Shown piece by piece: positions 46,601-57,106 of a stretch of 64,000 nucleotides of DNA. A model generated the notes under the pieces. That model did not search any database. It had not been told where the DNA came from and saw nothing but the letters and a program-made list of their open reading frames with translations. How positions within the stretch are numbered: position 1 is the first letter of the stretch; each line of letters opens with the position of its first letter. The translations under genes were made by a program, and so were the position numbers. The stretch lies in IMG/VR virus record IMGVR_UViG_3300020477_000020. One strand, 5' to 3'. This DNA is from an uncultured virus (IMG/VR IMGVR_UViG_3300020477_000020). Lineage: Duplodnaviria; Heunggongvirae; Uroviricota; Caudoviricetes.

Positions 46601-49600
46601 TCAACATCTTGCTCAACAACTCTTGCAAGGCTCTCAGCGCTTGCACCAAGATCAATTGTTGCCTGAATTTGATCTTCTGGTCTATACCGTGTATCGACCC
46701 AGTTATCATAATCAGAAGGCAACATGGTAAGGTTTCCTCTAAACCTATAATTCATTACTGCAACTGTTCTACGTGACGTTGCACTATCAACCTCAGCCAA
46801 TACTTTGTGGGAGAAAGCAAGAGTAATTGTATTACCAGTTACAGCAACGTTATTTGCTGTTAATGGCTCGTGATTAAGAGGAATACGTATTTGTGTGTGT
46901 CTAGGTGAAACTGTACCTAACGCTTTATTAAACGAAGCTCTAAATTCAGGATGCCTCTGTGAAGACGTCTTAGTTGTTTGGAAATTGTCAACCAAAATTC
47001 CATTCTTAAATCTATTCAAAGAAGGATCAACTTCAGAAGGAATTGTTAAATCAGTAGCCGATTTTTCTAATGTACTTAACGCTGTTACCTGAGCTATACG
47101 TTTGACAGATTCATGAATCTTACCAACATCCCTCATAGTATAGCCTCTGACTTGCTTATCAGCATAGGTTATACGATAATCTGGCCTATCAACATCTTCT
47201 GCTTGTCGTGCTGTTAAGGTTGGGAAGACTGGAAGATTAACTTCACCAAGAAGCAACAGTTGAGTTTTATCTGAAGATGGTGGTGTTGGATTATCTGATG
47301 CCCTACCTTCGACTATTTGTACTCTACCAGACTCTGATAATGTCACTGAATCTTTACGAGGCAAATAATATTCATAACTTGACACCAAGCGCTTTCTAGG
47401 TGCAAAGTTAAATTGTTCACCAGTAAATGTTACTGTATTACTCGGATTTAATGTTGCTGATGTTACATCTATAGACCCAAAACTATTCCAGCTAGCTACT
47501 GAGTTAGCCGTATTTGCACATACCCGTCTAAAGTCAATAGAGTCTCTCAAATCAAATCTACTGCCATCTGCAGGTGAAACATATACAGGAATGTTTTGTG
47601 TTCTTATTTTATTGGTAGGTAATGTTGCTGTAGTGTCATCAACTGGATAACTATCAACATTGTAAAAACCAATACCACCACCACTAGTATCTGTATTAAA
47701 TGTCTTGAACACTGGAATAATTTTTGAGCCAGAAGCAATTGTTGGTGGACCTTTACTTGGATTAGCTGGTGTAATCAATTCTAATGACGATACATCATAA
47801 AAACCATCTTTCTGATTCTTTTGTAACCTAAAGTGATCAGAGAAGTCGTGAACAGTTGTAGCTGAGTTTGCAGCTAGGTTGGTTGTAACGTGAGTGAATT
47901 CATCAGCAACATAAACAGCTTGTAGTTCATGTACATCAGGAATACCCAATGACCATGGGCCTGTAGTTCCACCAGCATTGTTGCTGCAATCAATACGAAT
48001 AAACGTGTTACTGTGTAGGGTTTTATTTAATTTTTCTGCTGCATTTCTTCTTACGTTAACATAAGCTCGAACATCTATTGTACTCTCGAGAGTATCACCT
48101 CTTGATGCATTAAATGTCATTGTTTTTTGGTCAGCACTTATTTGCACATTTGAAGAAGTAGTACCTCTTAAATCTATTGGCATTTGTGCAGGAAGATATC
48201 TTTTATATGTCAAACTTCCTGCAGTAGCAGACGCACTTCTATCAACTTGAATAGAAGTATTACTTCTAATCTCTCTTACTTGGAAGTATTCATTATCTCC
48301 TGTTGACGACGTTCTAATATGATCACCAACTCTTAGCTGTGATGTGAACAATGTACTTGTACCGGTGATCACATTTGATGACGCCGTGATTGTTAATGTA
48401 CCTGTTCTAGCTGTTGTTTGAGCTGACGCTGAGGTTCCATTAGAAACCAAAAGAACTTCTTTTTCTTCTTCATCAGATAATGTACCACTTGCAGTATAGT
48501 CAAATACTTGGTTACCACTTAGTGTAAATGCTACTTGACCAGCTGTGCTAAGAGTGCCATCAAAAATGGTTCTATAATGATATCTAATATCACTAGAGCC
48601 ACTAGGCTCAAGAGTTTTAACACCCTTCCTCCCAACCTTACGAATATGAGCTTTAAATTCCGGCTCTATAATTTTTGGTATGTCTGGTGCTGCAGTTAAA
48701 CCAGAGTCTTCTGTTAATATTCCACCAAACCCTTCAGACTCTTCAAGTGTTATTGAATCACCATCGGTTTCACTAGTAACAAACCGCTGCTGAATTATTT
48801 GTCTTGGATCATTAACTAAGTCTAAGTCTGCAAATCCTTGTCCAGCATTTGAACCAGTAAAGTATGATATTGCTCTAGCATCATCAAACGACTTACCAGC
48901 TGCTAACTGAACATCAAACAAGAACGCTTTAAACAATGCGTTAGGGTCTTGTACTGACGTAGCTGCAGAATCAACAATAATTGACTTTATTCTAGCTCTA
49001 CCAATAACCGTACCGGTATAAGCTGGACCAGCTCCTGTTACCGTACCGGCAATGCTACCAATCGTTGTGTTTGTAGATGCATTGGTAGTCGGTACTGTTG
49101 GAACACTGGTTCCTGCAAATGATATTCTTTTACCTGGTTGATCCATTAAGAAGACTTCACAGTTATTGTTGAAGTCAAATGTACCCACCATCTCTTTTAT
49201 TCTAACGTAATATCCAAACGATTGAGAGAATGTTGCATCAGCAACATTTGCTGTGTCAGTACCTTTTCTTAGTTTTACTCGAGACTTACCAATTAATTCG
49301 TTTCTATAACCACGAACATATCCTACACCTGGACTAACTACAGTAATAACTTCATTAGTATTAGCTGTGTTAGCTTGGAATGTAACTGAAAACTTCTGTT
49401 TTGAATAGTTACCATCAGAATCAAATCTCTTTTGTGCCATTTCAGCACCAAGTGCTGAGTATGGATTCTGTTGCCTGGTTTCAATTAAAGAACCTTCACT
49501 ATTGAATCGAACAAACGGGAAGAATGTATTAGAAGCATCAGATTCTGCAACTGTTATCGATTTAAGCACTGGTGTCAACTGCATTCTATCAGCGCCTGGT

Positions 49601-50604
49601 GCTTTTTCGTTATTAAACCCTTGTGAGTTGTCGAGAAGAGTAGAATCAGCGTTGCTATTTACAACAGTCTCTTCAACTTCAAAACCAACAACCATATTTC
49701 TTGCTACTATTGAGTGTGCTTTAACAAACACACCTTGAGGCTTAACAGTAAGGAAAGATCCTTTTTGGAATAATGTACCCTCATCAACATTCAATTTTGA
49801 AGCTCTACCAATAGTATTAAACTCACTATTACCAGTCACCGTAAATGAAGCGTTAGCAATTTCAAGATTAGCACCTGCGTTAATAACAGGAACAAGATTG
49901 CCGCCGGTACCAGCAGCAGTAGAAATACTAGCTGTAATAACATCAATGTATCTGTAATCTTGACCAGCGCTGGTCATTGATACTGAAGAAATGTTTCCAC
50001 TTGCATCCGTTACAATAGAACCGGTTGCATTGGCACCAAATGTTCCAGTAAAAGTAACAATGTCACCATTTGTATAAGCAGTACCAGTATTTGATATTGT
50101 AACACCAGAAATTTGACCGTTTGCTGGATAAAATGTTACCTGTCTTCCAGAAGTAAACTTTTCAACATCCTCCACAGTACCATTAGCAAGCGTTGTGTTG
50201 CCTGTGCCAGTATATAAACCATATATTGTTTTTAGCTCGGGGTTCTTAACCTCAAAGCCATCAGCTACATCATCAATTGCAAATACCAAATTAGATGTGG
50301 CATCAACCAAATAACCATTGGCAAAATTGAATATGTTTACAGCTGCATTGTTTGCTGGAAAGGCATCCTTAATCTTAACAAAATCTTTTTTAGTAAGAGT
50401 TTTAGAGACACCAGATACGATAGCCCCATCTTTTAGTATATGGCCAAAACCTCTCTCAATCTGATTCTGAAAAACGCTTTGGACTTGGTTAAGCTCTCTA
50501 GCCTGAATTGGTACGGCGGGCTTAAATAGAATCTTTTCGTACTGATTATTAGCGTTAAAATCGTCAAAATAAGGAGTTACATTAAGATCGGTTGATATAG
50601 CCAT
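43672..50604 (-). CDS. large virion structural protein, VrlC/DUF4815-like (2310 aa)
   Basis: NVTPYFDDF, LFKP..IQARELNQ.QS, APGADR, YYLPRKD, YTMRDVG, RFKNGILVDNF, DPLAQTF. Confidence 0.85.
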   Translation of the reverse strand: MAISTDLNVTPYFDDFNANNQYEKILFKPAVPIQARELNQVQSVFQNQIERGFGHILKDGAIVSGVSKTLTKKDFVKIKDAFPANNAAVNIFNFANGYLVDATSNLVFAIDDVADGFEVKNPELKTIYGLYTGTGNTTLANGTVEDVEKFTSGRQVTFYPANGQISGVTISNTGTAYTNGDIVTFTGTFGANATGSIVTDASGNISSVSMTSAGQDYRYIDVITASISTAAGTGGNLVPVINAGANLEIANASFTVTGNSEFNTIGRASKLNVDEGTLFQKGSFLTVKPQGVFVKAHSIVARNMVVGFEVEETVVNSNADSTLLDNSQGFNNEKAPGADRMQLTPVLKSITVAESDASNTFFPFVRFNSEGSLIETRQQNPYSALGAEMAQKRFDSDGNYSKQKFSVTFQANTANTNEVITVVSPGVGYVRGYRNELIGKSRVKLRKGTDTANVADATFSQSFGYYVRIKEMVGTFDFNNNCEVFLMDQPGKRISFAGTSVPTVPTTNASTNTTIGSIAGTVTGAGPAYTGTVIGRARIKSIIVDSAATSVQDPNALFKAFLFDVQLAAGKSFDDARAISYFTGSNAGQGFADLDLVNDPRQIIQQRFVTSETDGDSITLEESEGFGGILTEDSGLTAAPDIPKIIEPEFKAHIRKVGRKGVKTLEPSGSSDIRYHYRTIFDGTLSTAGQVAFTLSGNQVFDYTASGTLSDEEEKEVLLVSNGTSASAQTTARTGTLTITASSNVITGTSTLFTSQLRVGDHIRTSSTGDNEYFQVREIRSNTSIQVDRSASATAGSLTYKRYLPAQMPIDLRGTTSSNVQISADQKTMTFNASRGDTLESTIDVRAYVNVRRNAAEKLNKTLHSNTFIRIDCSNNAGGTTGPWSLGIPDVHELQAVYVADEFTHVTTNLAANSATTVHDFSDHFRLQKNQKDGFYDVSSLELITPANPSKGPPTIASGSKIIPVFKTFNTDTSGGGIGFYNVDSYPVDDTTATLPTNKIRTQNIPVYVSPADGSRFDLRDSIDFRRVCANTANSVASWNSFGSIDVTSATLNPSNTVTFTGEQFNFAPRKRLVSSYEYYLPRKDSVTLSESGRVQIVEGRASDNPTPPSSDKTQLLLLGEVNLPVFPTLTARQAEDVDRPDYRITYADKQVRGYTMRDVGKIHESVKRIAQVTALSTLEKSATDLTIPSEVDPSLNRFKNGILVDNFQTTKTSSQRHPEFRASFNKALGTVSPRHTQIRIPLNHEPLTANNVAVTGNTITLAFSHKVLAEVDSATSRRTVAVMNYRFRGNLTMLPSDYDNWVDTRYRPEDQIQATIDLGASAESLARVVEQDVDFQQPSSEVQVSRIEEVMSSMTTTSSSSSQVQRGNGLFNQQITNTILNETLAVETTTTTTNSRNVLDSVETFDTINMGSFVRDIRVEPFMREQTISLYFVGVKPSTRHHVFFDKQNVDEHCRPCTVRDAALSSGGTFTHEDFEPTDVKGATLRSNNRGELFVQLHIPPQTFKVGTNEIVAMNQPSYSSVEKQPNSFAIGTHNSSNFGIDMGSSELTLRNVNFDKRRVSDVLVETENTIENRSLVVGQSVTSQFAGFISQDDDGDGDQADGDDGDCGDPLAQTFFVKPPRSFGPSRNNNSTLDGTPRETVNDDGVVLSRPDNESQEGVFVSKIDLYFAQKDPLMGVIVELVETVNHVPTDKVVPFTKVHKRPEDVATSTDATAVTTFEFSGLVFLRANKTYAIRILTDGSTPLYECWTHTVGQPDVATPTKISTKDLHEGFFYASNNLRNWTPLPHEDLKYTLYMADFSPFEGSVEFRNSNIEFMSANSMNGAFLAGEKVFKFGNTTTAGYSSGNLAGNVTFSTTNSEVTGVGTSFNTSITAGQYILLSNGSSHDVKQVQSVTNATHMDLKGFPSFASTSSPNTYVYEVATGTVYQQKVTDQGNTIILDESSANSSVKFSAGDIIIGETSDANASLTSVDDYTFHYFDNLSYVLNPAGTKVTQTMVANAATGQTDLKAYPLNQRNFLKEDHIIRSHSNQPDSKSLRIKLELNTSEGHMSPVVDHVTFDVVAYQNIINNDSTNEHDPEGGNATAKFVSKVFNLETSFAAEDLKFLLTAAKPGAANVEVYAKFSSELDPEPLETANWTKLDMLFDQDTDELNKLDIADYEFNLPHTPQNATFIDGAVDAVVGSKELVATGVSPSGAGIAAGDLVKICQDEFSANVFFQLERVASANSTVIVLEREMEFDQRGAKVQEVGSAGLRTAFKDPMRNGVLTYFNSGGNRVTGYNQVQFKIVMLSSQAFTPPELYDYRAICLTI

Positions 50605-50617
50605 TTATTCTTTCCTG

Positions 50618-52393
50618 TTAAAACTTTATCACCAGTTTAAGTGCTTCTGTTGTTGTGTTAGACCTACTTACTGGTTCAATATTTTCTAAATACAAAACCT
50701 CACCTGATCCATTGTTTATGTCTGGCAATATTGTATCTGTTATAATAGCTGTCTGTGCAGACGTACCTCCAGTTACAATCCTGCTAGAGTCCTCTGCAAA
50801 ACCAACTCCCTTTAAAGAAGTAACACTAACTTGAGAGGTGTTAGCTGCATAAACTACAGCGTTTCCAGTATAATTATCCTGCGTTAAAACTTCATCCTCA
50901 GAAAATGTTCCACCACTAGTCATATTTATACTATATTTAGTAGTCTGTTGGAAGAAGTTAGCATTTGACCTAGTAGCATCAGCAGCGTTTATTCTCAACG
51001 CTGTTTGCTTAGCGGTTCCTATTCCTGTAATCGTTACGTTTGATGTATATACAGAGTTTGAAGGAATAAACTGACCAACGGTGTTTGACAATTGAATTAC
51101 ACTTGAATTACTGAAATGTATAATACCCGTTGCACCAGTTACCGAATCTGTAACAGTATTACCTACACCGAGCGTGGCGCTTGCATCCTCATAACTTATT
51201 TGGAGATTGGCAAACTGAGGATTTCTAAGTAACCCAATAGTACGGAAATCGTTATCTGTTTGTATATTCTGTTGCTCGTTGTTTGCAAACTCGGTACTAA
51301 TTATTACATAACGTGCGTAAAGTTCGTTTTTTGGATCAGAAGCATGGCCACCCGGAGCCCCAATAACTGCACGAGCTGTTGCCGTTCCTCCTGAATTATT
51401 TCCTTGGACTGTGATTTCTGCATGTGTATATCCCGACCCTCTCTGAATAACTTGAACATTTGCAGCTGTGTTGGTTGATGTATCAATTCTCACTCTTGCC
51501 TTAGCACCAGTACCATTTCCTACAACAACTACGTTTGGTGTAATTTCAAACCTTGTTGAAGTATTTGGTGTTGTAGCTAAAGGAGTAGCCAATGTTATAG
51601 TATTTGACGAAGCGTCCCAATCACTAATTGTAGAGTACTGACCATTTGAAGCGCCAGCCGTAATATATATTCCACAAGTGTTATAGAAATCATCATTGGA
51701 TGATAATGTAAAGCTATCTGAACTAATTACAAAGGATGTTGTGTTTGAAGATGATCCATTGGAAACAACAGCACCATTACAAAATACTGAATAACCATTA
51801 CCAAAGTTTGTTAGTTTATAGTGATCCAAAGCACCGTTTATTGCATTACCCGAAGCATTACTGTGTGTAACAACTGGAATATAGTTATTAGAGCTAAATT
51901 TATTGTTTGTAGTATCATCAATGGTATACATAAATCTCCATTGATAACCATCGTTTGTATTGATAGTAATTTGCTCTAATGAGCTTGATACGGTAGAAAA
52001 TAAGGGTTGTTGATTAGATGCTACACCACCATTATTATCTATACACTTCCAAACGTGCTTATTTGTTCCCTCTGTGGTCGTAATATAGAATTGCGTACCT
52101 TCCAAGGTCGTTGACGTATCATCATATTCAACGTATATTGTTCCGTTTGACCAATTATAATTTTGAATTGCAAGAGTTACATCAGCTGACCTAACTTGTT
52201 TACCACCTATCATTTCATCATATGTTTGATAAATTGAATTGACTACTGATGTTAATGGAGTTGGTACACTTGACTCTGTATAGTCTACGTGTTTACCATA
52301 CGTGACATAATATTCATCGGCACTCTCTGTCAACGATTCAACAAATTGATCTGCTGCATTTACACTAAAAGCTGTATATAATTTACTTGCCAT
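50618..52393 (-). CDS. gp8: baseplate wedge subunit gp8-like
   Basis: NWSNGTIY, VWKCIDN, DGYQWRFMYTI, PGGHASD, DFRTIGLLRNP, SGEVLYLEN...E.LKLVIKF. Confidence 0.88.
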   Translation of the reverse strand: MASKLYTAFSVNAADQFVESLTESADEYYVTYGKHVDYTESSVPTPLTSVVNSIYQTYDEMIGGKQVRSADVTLAIQNYNWSNGTIYVEYDDTSTTLEGTQFYITTTEGTNKHVWKCIDNNGGVASNQQPLFSTVSSSLEQITINTNDGYQWRFMYTIDDTTNNKFSSNNYIPVVTHSNASGNAINGALDHYKLTNFGNGYSVFCNGAVVSNGSSSNTTSFVISSDSFTLSSNDDFYNTCGIYITAGASNGQYSTISDWDASSNTITLATPLATTPNTSTRFEITPNVVVVGNGTGAKARVRIDTSTNTAANVQVIQRGSGYTHAEITVQGNNSGGTATARAVIGAPGGHASDPKNELYARYVIISTEFANNEQQNIQTDNDFRTIGLLRNPQFANLQISYEDASATLGVGNTVTDSVTGATGIIHFSNSSVIQLSNTVGQFIPSNSVYTSNVTITGIGTAKQTALRINAADATRSNANFFQQTTKYSINMTSGGTFSEDEVLTQDNYTGNAVVYAANTSQVSVTSLKGVGFAEDSSRIVTGGTSAQTAIITDTILPDINNGSGEVLYLENIEPVSRSNTTTEALKLVIKF

Positions 52394-52397
52394 TTCC

Positions 52398-55307
52398 TCA
52401 ACCCGATTGTGTTATTGACGACTCGGAAATTGATGCCGCAGTGTCAACATATGGTGTTAATACGACCTTACCAAACAATTTGAAACCAGCCGTATGGATT
52501 ACGTCCTTTAATAGTTTTTCATATTTATCTAAAGAAAACTCCGATAAAACTTGGTATGAGTAAGATTGATAAAAATCATTGTCGTGTATAAAGTTTTCAG
52601 GATCACTAACAAATCCAACATCTGTTTGATGGAAACCTTTAGCTACACCTGTACCCTGTACAACAACAGTACCATTAGCTTGAAGGATTTCCTCATCTGC
52701 TGTGCTTCGAAGAATAAACTCTTCTCCTTGATGAAACTTATAACCACTCTCAATAATGCTAACTGTATTAATTAGATTGTTTCCTGTTTCAACTATAGCA
52801 TTAACATTAGCATTTAAACCAAGTCTTTTTGATGTATCATAAGTAACAAAATCGTCGGTAGCAGACGTATATACTTCAAGAATATTTAGTGACTTAGAGT
52901 TGTTGTTAGATTGTAACCTACCCCAGGTACTATCTGTTGGTCTAAAGTCTTTTGGTGTAATCATTCTCATTGTTATTGTATTGTTTGCTGTATTAGATGA
53001 CAGCACTTCACCAAATGCTTCAAAGTCAACTGATGTATTTGTTTGTGTAGCTACTGTATTTACTGAATTGGCAGCTGCTTTTCCAAGTTGCGTTATATTA
53101 GCTGTTGTAAATGTAACACCATGACCAGTAGCAGTAACTATTGACGAAGAGTTGATTGATCTTATCTCACTCAATGTCAAAGCGGTAGAATTAACAACAG
53201 CGTTTACAATTGCATACGTATTAACAGTACTGTTAACAACTTGAACAACACCATCACCAACAGTAAAGTTTTCTGTGTTAGTACTACTAAAGTTTGAGAA
53301 TGTTAATGTTTGTGCCGGCCGGCCGGTTACTTGTTTAAGAACCTCACCATCTTGTATTCCTTCAAAATCTAACGCTAGATCAGTGTATTTAATTTTAACA
53401 TCATTACCAAGGAAGCCATCTAAGTATTTGGTTTGCACCAACACTGGAGGATCAGCTGTAAATCCATCACCAGTATCTACAATCTTAATAGAATCAATCT
53501 GCCCAAAGTTTTCACTATGCATAGTTAATGCTTCAACCAAAACATTGCCTGTGTTTGCAGTTGCAGACTTATCAAACCCTAGTGCTGTTGCATTTAATCT
53601 TGTGTTAGCAAACGACTCTGTTATATAGTCTGTATTAACATCGAGAGGCACCAAGCTCCTAATATCATTTATCTCTATATTGGCTGTTACTGTGGGTGAC
53701 CTGTTACCTGTTATGTCTGCTATTGTGTTTGATGTAACACCTCTAATCATTGATTGTGCAACTTGAAACATACTGCCATCGGCGTTTGTCATACCAATAA
53801 TTGTTTCACTGGTATTAGATGTATTCAGCTTATCAGCAAGGAAAGTAGCAGTCACAAAGTTATTAGTTGTATTAGCTACTGTAGCATTAATTGAATCGTT
53901 ACCGTTAAGTATTAATGTGAATGATGTATTGGCAGTACCAGATGTCTCATACGTTAACTTACTACTACCATCTTCTTGCAACATTTTATCACCATCTTCA
54001 TATAAGATGTAGTCTTCCATCATAAAGTTGCCTTCTGTCTCAAATACAATCATTGAACCATCTGTTGTACTGGTACCTGCATTTGCTGTAGTAGAGACTC
54101 TCCCGTTGGCTACTTCTATAGAACCATCAAACATCCTAATAACACTTTGACTGTTTGCTGAAGACAACATATTCTCTACATCAGAAGTAAATCCAATTTC
54201 TAATCTAGGGTAGACAATTGTTTCATATGTTTGGAAGTTATTAGCTGGTCTGGTTAATTCTTCAACATAATCTTCTTCTAATATAATTTTCCCTTTATCG
54301 AAAATATCTTCTAAAACAATCTTTTCATTAGTTGCCTCACCCTCAATATAATTTACTGCACCACGTTCTGTGTTTTGTATGTTAGTAACAGTAACAATAT
54401 GATCAGAAACAGCCACATTACTAAAGAAAGTGTTAGTTGAGTAACCAGAACCCTTACTCTTTAGTTGATATCTTGGAACACCGGATGCTTGTTTTAATCC
54501 TGTTACTAATGCACGACCAGGAATAGCATCCCCATTTAGCTGTTCAATAATAACTTCTTGCCCCAATGAATAGTCAGGTCCAGAATACACAAACGACAAA
54601 TCATTAAGTGAGCCATTAGTCCTTACTCTGTCTGTACCATTAGTTACAAGTTCATTATCAACAAATTCACCCGTGAGATCAGCAAGAAATAGAACATGAA
54701 TAATACCAGGACCTAATAATTCACGAGTTGTACCTGTCTCTACTACAAACTTTTGCTTGTTGTGGTTTCTACCACGTGTTTCAACTATGGCAGCAACGTG
54801 GGCAGTAGCACCTGATTTTGATCCTTCAATATTTGATCCTAACAATCCTTGAAGTGTGCTGTTAGTTTCACAATAAGTTTCTATGTACCTTGGTTCAACA
54901 AACTTTGCATCAGAAGCCTTAAAGATATGTTCTGGAGGAAGATAGAGATCACTATTAACACCATATAATAATCTAAAGAACAACTCGAGAGCTCGTCTTG
55001 ATCCCTTTGACCTATACAGGTCAAAGATATGTTTGATAAGAAATGGAAAGTCTACTGTTGTTTCTTCAGGTATACTAAACAGATATGTCTTTTTAAATCC
55101 AGCCAAAAACGTTGCTGTTGTCTGATCAATGTCTGTTTGCTCAAGTAAATCACGTGAAATACCCAATGATTCATCATCTTGTTCAAGAAACTCATAATAA
55201 GCACGTAAGAATGCAATGAAAAGTTGACCATCCTCAGATTCATATATCTGTGGAAACTGACTCTGTACAAATATAGATATCTGGTCATGTACCTCAGTGA
55301 GAGCCAT
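52398..55307 (-). CDS. baseplate wedge subunit gp7-like
   Basis: QFPQI, FLRAYYEFLE, LYRSKGS...LFFRLLYG; C-terminal HDNDFYQSYSY...HTAGFKLFG; between gp6 and gp8. Confidence 0.75.
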   Translation of the reverse strand: MALTEVHDQISIFVQSQFPQIYESEDGQLFIAFLRAYYEFLEQDDESLGISRDLLEQTDIDQTTATFLAGFKKTYLFSIPEETTVDFPFLIKHIFDLYRSKGSRRALELFFRLLYGVNSDLYLPPEHIFKASDAKFVEPRYIETYCETNSTLQGLLGSNIEGSKSGATAHVAAIVETRGRNHNKQKFVVETGTTRELLGPGIIHVLFLADLTGEFVDNELVTNGTDRVRTNGSLNDLSFVYSGPDYSLGQEVIIEQLNGDAIPGRALVTGLKQASGVPRYQLKSKGSGYSTNTFFSNVAVSDHIVTVTNIQNTERGAVNYIEGEATNEKIVLEDIFDKGKIILEEDYVEELTRPANNFQTYETIVYPRLEIGFTSDVENMLSSANSQSVIRMFDGSIEVANGRVSTTANAGTSTTDGSMIVFETEGNFMMEDYILYEDGDKMLQEDGSSKLTYETSGTANTSFTLILNGNDSINATVANTTNNFVTATFLADKLNTSNTSETIIGMTNADGSMFQVAQSMIRGVTSNTIADITGNRSPTVTANIEINDIRSLVPLDVNTDYITESFANTRLNATALGFDKSATANTGNVLVEALTMHSENFGQIDSIKIVDTGDGFTADPPVLVQTKYLDGFLGNDVKIKYTDLALDFEGIQDGEVLKQVTGRPAQTLTFSNFSSTNTENFTVGDGVVQVVNSTVNTYAIVNAVVNSTALTLSEIRSINSSSIVTATGHGVTFTTANITQLGKAAANSVNTVATQTNTSVDFEAFGEVLSSNTANNTITMRMITPKDFRPTDSTWGRLQSNNNSKSLNILEVYTSATDDFVTYDTSKRLGLNANVNAIVETGNNLINTVSIIESGYKFHQGEEFILRSTADEEILQANGTVVVQGTGVAKGFHQTDVGFVSDPENFIHDNDFYQSYSYQVLSEFSLDKYEKLLKDVIHTAGFKLFGKVVLTPYVDTAASISESSITQSG

Positions 55308-57106
55308 TATAACAGTTCCTGTTCAACCTTTACTAATGTGTCCTCTGTCCGAATTCGGATAATATCAGTGTTTCTACATTGAATATCAGCCTTCTCTGGC
55401 CGTACAAACACTTTAATTGAGGTAGTACCAGTAGAGAAGGAGTTAATTACTAAGTTAGATATTGCAAGTTCACCCGTATCATAGTTTACCGAGCCAATAT
55501 CATTTTGTAGAATTGTTAAGTCTGTTGTATTGGCCGTAACAATCATTAATGTACCTTCACTGTTGTCTCGTATAGATGCACCAGCGGTTCCCTCAAAAAC
55601 AAATATCTCGGACTCAACTGCAGGTGTCGACGAGTTGATAAACCTATCTTGTGTTTCAGCATTAATTGGATTATCAACTTTAATAGCATTATCAAACTTT
55701 AATGTTTTAACATACTTTCTGTTAATAGTTGGAACAATTGTTTTTGTTAATTTTACGTCAATATCATTGCCTAGTATTGATGTATCCGACTCATTTATCT
55801 TTTCAATTAGTTTACTTCTTCTAAACACAGTATCAAACACATCTAAATTATCAGCATTGAAGTCTGAAATAGCTGTTTCTACAACCGACTGTATTTCACT
55901 AGATTTTTGTGATGTAGCATTACGATTGTACCTAACATTAGCGTCAACCTTAACATTAATAAACTCAGGATCTTTAATTTCAGGTATTATTCCTATAGGT
56001 ACCTTAGGTTTAATAAAATTAATCATATCTTGTTTAATTGTATCAGGAATAACATCAAACGCAGAGCTTCTTGAAGCAAGTATTACCTTACCAAACTGTG
56101 GTGGATTTAAATCTTCTCCACCAAACACATTCATTGATGTAATATCTGTAAACTCGTTCTTTATAATTGTTCTGTAATCTTCTTTTGTTACAGCCCTCTC
56201 TTGAGTTGCTAAGGCTCTAGGTGCTTCAAATCTAATGTCATCTAATTTTTGGAATTCAGCACCACCACTTGCTCTTGTAACCAAACTAACACTAGCAGGA
56301 TGACCAGCAACACCGTCTGAAGTAAATGCATTAGCTCCATTAGGAGATGTGCCGGATGATACTCTATATTGTATTTCAACAAGATTTCCGTTAATGACTT
56401 TATTACCAAACGTACCATTACCAAATTGTACATTGTAGCTACCATTAGCAGCTGGCTCAATGAAGAAAACATTTGATGTACTTGTTACACCAAACAACGA
56501 ATTGGCTCTGGTATATGTCGAGTTGGTTGAATCTGTATTAGATGCTCTAACCTTAACTGTGATACTACTAACATCAACATCAAAGTTGTTTATATAATAC
56601 GTTTGATTGCCATTGGCTGTTTGATTAATCTCAGTTATAAGCTCACCTTCATAAATTGCAACGTTGCTAGCTACATAACCATTGTTGGCATAAACAGTAA
56701 TGTTATTATTGGTAGAAAATGTATATGCAACACCACTAACTGTGCTAGTAAATGTTGAGAATCTTGGTATTGTGATGGAGTGGGGATTAGAAGATGGATT
56801 TACATCAATATCAACAAATGCAACTGAAGATTGGTAGGACTGTGGTGTATAATTAAGTGTTTTGGCAATAGAGTACACACTATCTCGAGCGTTTGCACTA
56901 TCAAGAAACATTTCCGATGCCACTTTGTTCAAGTATATGTTATTATAATACGTATTATAAGCAAGAACATCTAACAAGACAGAAAGTGATGATCCATCAA
57001 AGTTATAATCACTGAAGATACTTTGACCTTCAAGATATGTTTTGATGTTTGATTTGATTGAATCAAACTCTAAGTTAGCTACTATGAGCTCATTGTTAGT
57101 GGGCAT
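55307..57106 (-). CDS. gp6: baseplate wedge subunit gp6
   Basis: LEFDSIKSNIKTYL, FSDYNFDGS.LSVLLDVLAYNTYY, EMFLDSA, QERAVTKEDY, GSVNYDTG. Confidence 0.95.
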   Translation of the reverse strand: MPTNNELIVANLEFDSIKSNIKTYLEGQSIFSDYNFDGSSLSVLLDVLAYNTYYNNIYLNKVASEMFLDSANARDSVYSIAKTLNYTPQSYQSSVAFVDIDVNPSSNPHSITIPRFSTFTSTVSGVAYTFSTNNNITVYANNGYVASNVAIYEGELITEINQTANGNQTYYINNFDVDVSSITVKVRASNTDSTNSTYTRANSLFGVTSTSNVFFIEPAANGSYNVQFGNGTFGNKVINGNLVEIQYRVSSGTSPNGANAFTSDGVAGHPASVSLVTRASGGAEFQKLDDIRFEAPRALATQERAVTKEDYRTIIKNEFTDITSMNVFGGEDLNPPQFGKVILASRSSAFDVIPDTIKQDMINFIKPKVPIGIIPEIKDPEFINVKVDANVRYNRNATSQKSSEIQSVVETAISDFNADNLDVFDTVFRRSKLIEKINESDTSILGNDIDVKLTKTIVPTINRKYVKTLKFDNAIKVDNPINAETQDRFINSSTPAVESEIFVFEGTAGASIRDNSEGTLMIVTANTTDLTILQNDIGSVNYDTGELAISNLVINSFSTGTTSIKVFVRPEKADIQCRNTDIIRIRTEDTLVKVEQELL

